Assembly (NCBI GenBank): GCA_018897295.1
Contig: JAHILA010000009.1
Location: 3,154-67,153, forward strand
DNA from: Patescibacteria group bacterium
GTDB taxonomy: Bacteria > Patescibacteriota > Minisyncoccia > RBG-13-40-8-A
Direction: 5' to 3'
DNA: 64,000 nucleotides
Below the pieces are notes generated by a model, which made no database searches, was not told where the DNA came from, and saw only the letters and a list, made by a program, of their open reading frames with translations. How positions within the stretch are numbered: position 1 is the first letter of the stretch; each line of letters opens with the position of its first letter. Below, in pieces: positions 57,334 through 64,000 of the stretch. Position numbers and translations under genes: made by a program.

Positions 57334-59475
57334 ATGAATACAAAATCAAAATTTAAAATCGTAATACCAATAATTATATTAGCAGTGGTTGTTTCTGGAC
57401 TAGCCATGCCTAGTTCTGTTAATGCAGGAGTTTTGCATGAGGCAGGAAAAGGAATTTTTAGCGTACTTGGAGAGATTATACGAACATGTTTGATGAAACT
57501 ACTTACAACTGCTGTTTCGCTCTTTGAAGGAGCTTTGGGCATAGGATTTGACAGCAAAACCACTGAAGTTGTAAAAACAGGATGGACAGCGTGTAGAGAT
57601 TTCGCAAATATGCTGTTTATCCTTATTATGGTGATAATCGCTTTTGGCACTATTTTGCGCATTGAACAATATGGAGTGAAAAAACTCCTGCCAAAAATAA
57701 TAGGAATCGCGCTTTTAATAAATTTTAGTTTTGTGCTTTGTTCGGTGATTGTTGATTTTAGCAATATTACCGCTAATTTTTTTATAAAAGACATTAAAGG
57801 AAAAATCGGTAGTCAAGGCGGTGAAAAGGGAATGATAACAGCAGTATTCGCCGATGCTTTCAATATAACGGGGACGGCTATAACTATAACGGATTGTGAT
57901 AACATCTATAAAGGACTTATATCTAATTGTAAAAGTGATGCTGATTGTGTTGAAAATGCTAACGGAATATTAAAAAAATGCAGAAAAGACCAAGGAATAG
58001 AAGTCAAAGTGGAAGATGAAGCATTTCTTGATATTTTTTTTGGAATTGTACTCGGCTCTATAGTAATGATTATGGCTATTTTTGCTTTGTCTGCCGGAGC
58101 GCTAATGATTTTATTCAGAATAATAGCTATTTGGTTTTTAATAACAATCGTTCCATTGGCTTTTATATGTTATGCATTACCTGGACTTCAAGAAAATTGG
58201 AAAAAATGGTGGACAAAATTCTTGCATTGGTGCATATTCGCCCCTGCGTATACATTTTTTATCTGGATAGCAATACAAATAGCTACTACTCAGGCAAACA
58301 AAAAAATAGGCATGATTGCCAGCCAATATGCTATTACGGGAAATTATAAAGTAACTGCAAATGCTTTTCAGAGTAATCCTGGAGGAGAATTAATCAGTTT
58401 CTTTATTATTATTGGTTTTCTTGTTGGAAGTATAGTAGTGGCGCAAGCACTTGGTATCCATGGCGCAAATGCGGTTATGAAAATAGCCACAGATACCAAA
58501 AAAGGAGTAGCCGGATGGATGGGGCGACAAGCTATGCGACCAACAAAAGGTCTCGGCAGACTTGCAGGCGCCGGCGCTTTAACGGCAGGAGGAGCATTGT
58601 TTGGCGGAAAACTTGGCAGAAGAATGCGAGCTAGAGCTACCGAAATGAGAATGAGACCTGAAAAGGATCCTCGAAACGTAGCATATGAAAGATTAATTTC
58701 TACTATGTCAGACGGGGATGTAATGAAAGAATCAATGGTCAAAGGTATAACCCCAGGACAAAAAATCAGAAAATTAATAGCTACTCGCAATGCAGCCAGA
58801 AGAGGATTATTAAGAGATGCCACTACAAATGAAGCCGGGGAAGCAATGAAAACATTTAAGGGTTTCAATGATTTTGAAGCTTATCAAAAACTAAAAGAAA
58901 CAAGACTTGATGCCATAGAAAATAATACAGAACGAGATAATACAACCCAGAAAGTGGTTCAAGAAGGAAACATCAATAAAATTCCAGCCATTGCTCTTAA
59001 AGACGAACGCGTTGTTGCCGCCCTAGGAAGATTTGCATCGGCTGTTCAAATAGAATCATTAAGAAATGCCTCTCCTCAACACGCAACAAACTTAAAAACA
59101 TCGCTAGATACTTTAACTACTGTCGGAAACGCAATTTTATCTGGTATGAGCGCTTTGGACCAAGAAAAAATCCATCATTCTTATGCCTCTCAAACCGGTG
59201 ATATAGATCGTATGTCTTCTGCGCAACTAGTGAATTGGGCAAAGAAATCTGGTGCCGATGGGATTAAAAGAATTAGTTCAGCTAGTTCATCTGCCAACTT
59301 AGAAATTTTGGCAAATAATATGCCTACCAACCAACTTGCCAATATCGTTGAAAAAATGCAAGATAATGTAGCGGCTAAAAATATGGTAAGATATCTTTCT
59401 ACCGCAACAAGCCCAATTGCTGCTGCCAATAAATTCGCTGTTAATAATAATCCCTATCTTAAAACTCTTATCTAA
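57334..59475 (+). CDS. VirB6/TrbL-like polytopic membrane protein
   Basis: W...RDFAN, ALLINFS, R...IW.L....PLA, W.KW, multiple TM helices. Confidence 0.7.
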   Translation: MNTKSKFKIVIPIIILAVVVSGLAMPSSVNAGVLHEAGKGIFSVLGEIIRTCLMKLLTTAVSLFEGALGIGFDSKTTEVVKTGWTACRDFANMLFILIMVIIAFGTILRIEQYGVKKLLPKIIGIALLINFSFVLCSVIVDFSNITANFFIKDIKGKIGSQGGEKGMITAVFADAFNITGTAITITDCDNIYKGLISNCKSDADCVENANGILKKCRKDQGIEVKVEDEAFLDIFFGIVLGSIVMIMAIFALSAGALMILFRIIAIWFLITIVPLAFICYALPGLQENWKKWWTKFLHWCIFAPAYTFFIWIAIQIATTQANKKIGMIASQYAITGNYKVTANAFQSNPGGELISFFIIIGFLVGSIVVAQALGIHGANAVMKIATDTKKGVAGWMGRQAMRPTKGLGRLAGAGALTAGGALFGGKLGRRMRARATEMRMRPEKDPRNVAYERLISTMSDGDVMKESMVKGITPGQKIRKLIATRNAARRGLLRDATTNEAGEAMKTFKGFNDFEAYQKLKETRLDAIENNTERDNTTQKVVQEGNINKIPAIALKDERVVAALGRFASAVQIESLRNASPQHATNLKTSLDTLTTVGNAILSGMSALDQEKIHHSYASQTGDIDRMSSAQLVNWAKKSGADGIKRISSASSSANLEILANNMPTNQLANIVEKMQDNVAAKNMVRYLSTATSPIAAANKFAVNNNPYLKTLI

Positions 59476-59489
59476 ACTAAAACTAAATT

Positions 59490-59873
59490 ATGCCGGATTA
59501 TACTAATGAATTTAGAAAAAAGGTTAGTCAATTACCTCCAGAAATAAAAGAGGTTATGCTTTCCGATAAAACAACAAGTTTAATATCTGAAATTAATAAT
59601 AAATACAAACTAAACGCGAAACAAAGCGATAAACTTCCCATCCTTATTGGAAAAATTTTCATTAAAGAAATTTCTTTCGGAGATTTTATCAACTTATTAA
59701 AAACCCAACTAAACATTGACTCTGAAATCGCAAAATTAATAACCATTGATATTGCTAAAAATATTTTTATTCCGATAAAAAGATACTTTCCAGGAATAGA
59801 ATCTTTAACGCCAAATACTACCCAACCTAAAAATGAAAATATTGTTAATCTAAAAAATTTAAATCGCGAATAA
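59490..59873 (+). CDS. Hypothetical protein
   Basis: In-operon ORF. Confidence 0.7.
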   Translation: MPDYTNEFRKKVSQLPPEIKEVMLSDKTTSLISEINNKYKLNAKQSDKLPILIGKIFIKEISFGDFINLLKTQLNIDSEIAKLITIDIAKNIFIPIKRYFPGIESLTPNTTQPKNENIVNLKNLNRE

Positions 59874-59879
59874 TACAAA

Positions 59880-60308
59880 ATGCAATTTCAAGTCCCTCAA
59901 TTTATTGATATTGAAGACAAGGTTATCGGGCCTTTGACAATAAAGCAATTCCTGTATTTACTGGCAGCAGGAGCAATCATTTTTATCCTCTATAAAATCC
60001 TGAATTTCTATGCAATAATTATTCTGGCAATACCTATTCTCGGAATCACTATTCCTCTTGCTTTTATAAAAGTCCACGGCCAGCCGTTTATAAGTATAGT
60101 TAGCAACTTCTTCAGATTTTTAAGAAAACCGGATTTCTATGTCTGGAAAAAACCAATTGGCAAAAAACCGGCTCCAGAATCAGAGGAAACGGAAAACATC
60201 AAAATTATAAAGAAAATTACGGATAAAAAGGGGCAAAATAAGCCCATAGCAAAGAATAGTTTACAGGACTTAAATTGGAAGGTTGAGACCAATAAAGAAG
60301 AAGCGTAG
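59880..60308 (+). CDS. PrgI family protein (VirB3-like)
   Basis: QFQVPQFIDIEDKVIGPLTIKQF plus two TM helices. Confidence 0.85.
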   Translation: MQFQVPQFIDIEDKVIGPLTIKQFLYLLAAGAIIFILYKILNFYAIIILAIPILGITIPLAFIKVHGQPFISIVSNFFRFLRKPDFYVWKKPIGKKPAPESEETENIKIIKKITDKKGQNKPIAKNSLQDLNWKVETNKEEA

Positions 60309-60322
60309 GAAGAATAAATAAT

Positions 60323-60952
60323 ATGCCTATAAAATTACCCAAAAACGTCTCGGGAATACAAAAATTCATCGAGGTCAAAGAAATAAAGAATGGAGTAGCA
60401 ATTATGAAAGACAATAGTATAAAAGCTGTTTGCGCCTGCTCCAGTATTAATTTTGACCTCTTGAGCCAAGTAGAACAAGAAGCATTAGTTGCCCGATTTC
60501 AAGAATTTCTTAATGCCCTTGATTTCCCAATCCAGATAATCATTGCTTCCCGCCATTTCCAAATTGATGATTATTTAAATCAAGTCAAAGAACTTGAGAA
60601 AATACAAACCAATGAACTCCTAAGAATCCAGACCAATGAATATATCAATTTTGTCCAGAGCTTTGTTGAATTCGCAAATATAATGAGTAAGTCGTTTTAT
60701 GTTATCGTCCCTTTCAGCGTTATGGAGTCCAGGCAGGAAGGATTTTTTGAAAAAGTAAAAAACATAATTTCCAGCGCAAAATCTTCAAAACAAAAATTTG
60801 AAACGGAAAAATTCAACCAATACAAAACCCAGCTTGAACAAAGAGTAAATATGGTTGTAGATGGATTACGGGGTCTCGGCATAAAAACCATTCCTTTAAA
60901 TGATGAGCAATTAACCCAGCTTTATTTTGAATTTTATAATGTAGAAAGATAA
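60323..60952 (+). CDS. TraC/VirB4 N-terminal-like protein
   Basis: INFDLLS..EQ, FLNALDFPIQI, FYVIVP. Confidence 0.7.
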   Translation: MPIKLPKNVSGIQKFIEVKEIKNGVAIMKDNSIKAVCACSSINFDLLSQVEQEALVARFQEFLNALDFPIQIIIASRHFQIDDYLNQVKELEKIQTNELLRIQTNEYINFVQSFVEFANIMSKSFYVIVPFSVMESRQEGFFEKVKNIISSAKSSKQKFETEKFNQYKTQLEQRVNMVVDGLRGLGIKTIPLNDEQLTQLYFEFYNVER

Positions 60953-60957
60953 ATGTT

Positions 60958-62751
60958 ATGAGTTTATTCGGAAAGAAAAAATTAGCAATTGAAGAAATTT
61001 CGGAAATAGAAGAAACAGCTGAAATTGAAGCGAGTTTGGCTGATACGATTGCGCCTTCCGCTCTTCAGATTACTTCTAATTACATCCAAATCGGCGAAAG
61101 ATTCGCCCGCACATTTTTCATCATCACTTATCCCAGATTTTTGACTGTTAATTGGCTTTCGCCGATAATAAATCTGGACAGAGTGCTGAATGTTTCAATG
61201 TTTATCCATCCTACTGATACAGGAATAATCCTTAAAAAACTAAAAAGAAAAATAACACAAATAGAATCGCAGGTAAATATGGAGCAGGAACAAGGCAAAA
61301 TAAGAAATCCGATCCTGGAGACCGCTAGAGGCGATGTAGAGGATTTACGCGATAAATTAGTCCAAGGCACTGAAAAATTCTTCAAATACGGGCTTTACAT
61401 CACGATTTTTGAAGATTCAGTTGAAAAGCTCAATGAGGCAGAAGAACAAATAATGTCTTTATTTGAAGCAAAAATGGTTTATGCCAAACCAGCAATATTC
61501 CAGCAAGACGCAGGTTTAAACTCAACCCTTCCGCTTGGCAAAGATCAACTATTTATCACTAATTCGATGAACACAGCCCCGCTCTCCACTGTTTTCCCTT
61601 TTGTATCTTCAAATCTATCTTCAAATAAAGGTATTCTTTACGGAATAAACCGCCACAATAACAGCTTGATTATTTTCGACCGCTTTTCAATGGAAAACGG
61701 CAATATGGTGATTTTCGGAAAATCCGGAGGCGGAAAATCTTATGCAGTTAAAGTGGAAATTCTCAGGTCATTGATAATGGGGACAGACGTGATTGTTGTT
61801 GATCCGGAAAACGAATACCAGCATTTAGCTGAAACAGTTGATGGCGCCTATTTCAAAATTTCCCTGTCCTCTAATAGCCATATTAATCCTTTTGATATTT
61901 CTGCGCCCGGACCGGATGAAACAACAGAAGATGTTCTGCGTTCAAAGATAATGGATTTAGTAGGATTATTGAGAGTTGCTCTCGGGGAATTAACTCCTGA
62001 GGAAAATTCAATTTTAGACAGAGCGCTGACTGAAACTTACGCTTCTAAAGATATTACAATCCAATCTGACCTGAAAAATGTCACTTCGCCGCTAATGGAG
62101 GATTTAGAAACAGTGCTTGATAATATGGAAGGAGGAGATAGAATCGCGAAACGATTACAGCGCTATACTAAAGGAAGTTTTGCCGGATTTTTAAACCAGC
62201 CGACAAACATTGATATCCATAAAAAACTTATTGTATTCAGCACCAGGGATATGGAGGATGAGTTAAAGCCAGTGGCAATGTTTTTAATATTGCAATATAT
62301 CTGGAATCTCATTCGCTCAGATATGAAGAAGAGAATTATGGTTGTTGATGAGGCATGGTGGATGTTAAAAAGCGAAGCTGGCGGGTCCTTCCTTCATGGC
62401 ATTGCCAAAAGATGCAGAAAATACTGGCTTGGGCTCACAACAATCACCCAGGATATTCCGGATTTTATGAGCTCACCATACGGCAAGCCGATTGTTTCAA
62501 ATTCATCGCTCCAGATTCTCTTCAAGCAATCTCCTTCCAGTATTGAAGTTGTGCAGCAAACATTTAATCTGACTGATGAAGAAAAATATCTGCTTTTACA
62601 GGCAGATGTTGGAGAGGGGATATTTTTTGCCGGATTAAAACATGCTGCGATTAAGGTGGTGGCATCCTATACCGAAGACCAAATTGTAACCACTAATCCG
62701 GAACAAATAGTTAAAATTAATCAGGCCAAAGAAGAATTAGCAAGACAATAA
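60958..62751 (+). CDS. VirB4-like ATPase
   Basis: YGIN, GKSGGGKS, DPENEY, INPFD, VDEAW, RKY, TQD. Confidence 0.9.
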   Translation: MSLFGKKKLAIEEISEIEETAEIEASLADTIAPSALQITSNYIQIGERFARTFFIITYPRFLTVNWLSPIINLDRVLNVSMFIHPTDTGIILKKLKRKITQIESQVNMEQEQGKIRNPILETARGDVEDLRDKLVQGTEKFFKYGLYITIFEDSVEKLNEAEEQIMSLFEAKMVYAKPAIFQQDAGLNSTLPLGKDQLFITNSMNTAPLSTVFPFVSSNLSSNKGILYGINRHNNSLIIFDRFSMENGNMVIFGKSGGGKSYAVKVEILRSLIMGTDVIVVDPENEYQHLAETVDGAYFKISLSSNSHINPFDISAPGPDETTEDVLRSKIMDLVGLLRVALGELTPEENSILDRALTETYASKDITIQSDLKNVTSPLMEDLETVLDNMEGGDRIAKRLQRYTKGSFAGFLNQPTNIDIHKKLIVFSTRDMEDELKPVAMFLILQYIWNLIRSDMKKRIMVVDEAWWMLKSEAGGSFLHGIAKRCRKYWLGLTTITQDIPDFMSSPYGKPIVSNSSLQILFKQSPSSIEVVQQTFNLTDEEKYLLLQADVGEGIFFAGLKHAAIKVVASYTEDQIVTTNPEQIVKINQAKEELARQ

Positions 62752-62752
62752 T

Positions 62753-63166
62753 ATGGAAACAGCTATATCACAAAGAGAGCAAAGCGCCAAGTTGAATCAG
62801 GATAGAGCAAAAACAGATTCAACATCAAAGCAAAAAAGCGAAGAGTCCTCTCCTGATTTTTTGGGGCTGATAATTTTTCTTCCACTTGCCGTAGTGGCTG
62901 ACCTTTTAGGCGCACTTGATTTAACCGGTTTTGGGGTCATATTAGTCAGAATTATAAATATTCCTATTCTGGGCATCTTGTGGTTATGGAGGATTTTAAA
63001 ACAAGGACCAGGAAAACAAAGCTATTCCTATCAATTGATACTTACTTTTTTAGTGGAATTATCTCCATTCGGTATAATTCCCACCTGGACTACATTCGTT
63101 CTTTATTGCTGTTTTAAAGACACCAAATTAGGTAAACAAACAATCGGAAAAATGAAAAAAATATGA
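62753..63166 (+). CDS. Small membrane protein
   Basis: Hydrophobic helices, E..P....P.WT pattern. Confidence 0.7.
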   Translation: METAISQREQSAKLNQDRAKTDSTSKQKSEESSPDFLGLIIFLPLAVVADLLGALDLTGFGVILVRIINIPILGILWLWRILKQGPGKQSYSYQLILTFLVELSPFGIIPTWTTFVLYCCFKDTKLGKQTIGKMKKI

Positions 63167-63897
63167 ATAAAATATTTTCCATTATAATCATCTCAATTTT
63201 ACTGGGCGTCCCGTCCACAATTTTTGCCGCGGACAGCGCTTCGGATGTCAGAATAAATAAATTTGAATTAATCTGGTCTGCTGATACATATACTCCGTAT
63301 AATTATCAAGGGAGAAATCTTCCAACAATAGGAAGCAAGGTTATAATTGACGTAGTAATTGACACTTCCGGCGGCAATCCTTTAAATCTAAAATACAGCT
63401 GGTTTTTAGAAGATATTTTCCAGCAAAGCAAATCCGGATACGGCAAAGATAGTTTCTATTTTTATGTCCAGCAGAGGCCTGGCGCATACCATACTGTAAG
63501 ATTGCAGATATTTAATGATGACAGGACGGTTTTTGAAGAAAAATCCATTCAAATTCCAATAGCTGAACCTGAAATTATCTTTTATTCCTCCAATGGCAAT
63601 TCTCATTTTTCCAATCAAGCGAGCACAATTTACACTTTTTTGGCCGGCAAGACATTTTCTTTTGTTGCCAGGCCTTATTTCTTCAGTATTAATAAATTGA
63701 CCGATTTAATCTTTGAATGGACATTCTCGGGCAAAGAATCAATAATTTCTTCGGATTATGATGCAAGTATTTTCAATTTAACTATATCGGATAAGAATAA
63801 TGGACAAACCATTAAAAGTGACCTATGGGTAAACGTTAAAAATATTTTGGACGAAACCCAAAATGCTTTCAAATCAATGAAAATTAATATTTATTAA
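63163..63897 (+). CDS. Secreted beta-rich (Ig-like) hypothetical protein
   Basis: Signal peptide, W.ADTYTP..Y.G, A.PYFFS. Confidence 0.7.
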   Translation: MNKIFSIIIISILLGVPSTIFAADSASDVRINKFELIWSADTYTPYNYQGRNLPTIGSKVIIDVVIDTSGGNPLNLKYSWFLEDIFQQSKSGYGKDSFYFYVQQRPGAYHTVRLQIFNDDRTVFEEKSIQIPIAEPEIIFYSSNGNSHFSNQASTIYTFLAGKTFSFVARPYFFSINKLTDLIFEWTFSGKESIISSDYDASIFNLTISDKNNGQTIKSDLWVNVKNILDETQNAFKSMKINIY

Positions 63898-63898
63898 A

Positions 63899-64000
63899 AT
63901 GAAAAAATTTTTACCCATTATAATTTTCATCATCTTATTCGCAGGAGCGTGGCAAACCTGCCAGGCGATTGATTTGCTTATAAAGGATTATCCCAGTATA
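63899..64000 (+). CDS. Partial ORF with signal peptide (runs off the window)
   Basis: MKKFLPIIIFIILFAGAWQTCQA... Confidence 0.65.
   Translation, partial: MKKFLPIIIFIILFAGAWQTCQAIDLLIKDYPSI

Noticed and set aside
804-63618. Numerous antisense or nested ORFs in the track
   Set aside because: Shadow frames of well-supported genes, with no motifs or RBS.
1-64000. CRISPR array, rRNA, prophage, or TGA recoding
   Set aside because: No regularly spaced repeats, cas, rRNA or virion genes were seen, and conserved genes are full length under code 11 with TGA used as a stop.

Overview
AT-rich, gene-dense 64 kb chromosomal segment read with the standard bacterial code. Gene content and organisation suggest a Patescibacteria/CPR (Parcubacteria-like) genome; this is an inference. 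It holds housekeeping genes (rny, gpmI, clpP, tig, nusA, rnj, glmS, cca, rpsO, pnp, comM, pcrA, rsmA), a MacAB-like ABC exporter, a TcmP plus radical SAM pair and a cluster of His-swivel (PEP-utilizer) phosphotransferase-like genes. It also holds a nuclease-rich putative defence island ending in a Type IIG restriction-modification gene, a LexA-DNA methyltransferase fusion, a HigBA-like toxin-antitoxin pair and a VirB6/PrgI/VirB4 secretion-like cluster. The most striking signal is non-coding: several families of short GC-rich palindromic elements. They sit in frame inside seven conserved proteins, nest inside each other, and repeatedly interrupt tRNA genes. At 37222-37413 a tRNA-Lys(CTT) gene is split in its D-arm by a 120 bp palindrome-bounded element that itself carries a complete, different tRNA-Lys(CTT) gene. 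Related broken-tRNA-plus-intact-tRNA arrangements occur at tRNA-Pro, tRNA-Lys(TTT) and tRNA-Arg, the last overlapped by a small GIY-YIG nuclease gene. All coordinates and motifs were read by eye and no database searches were run.
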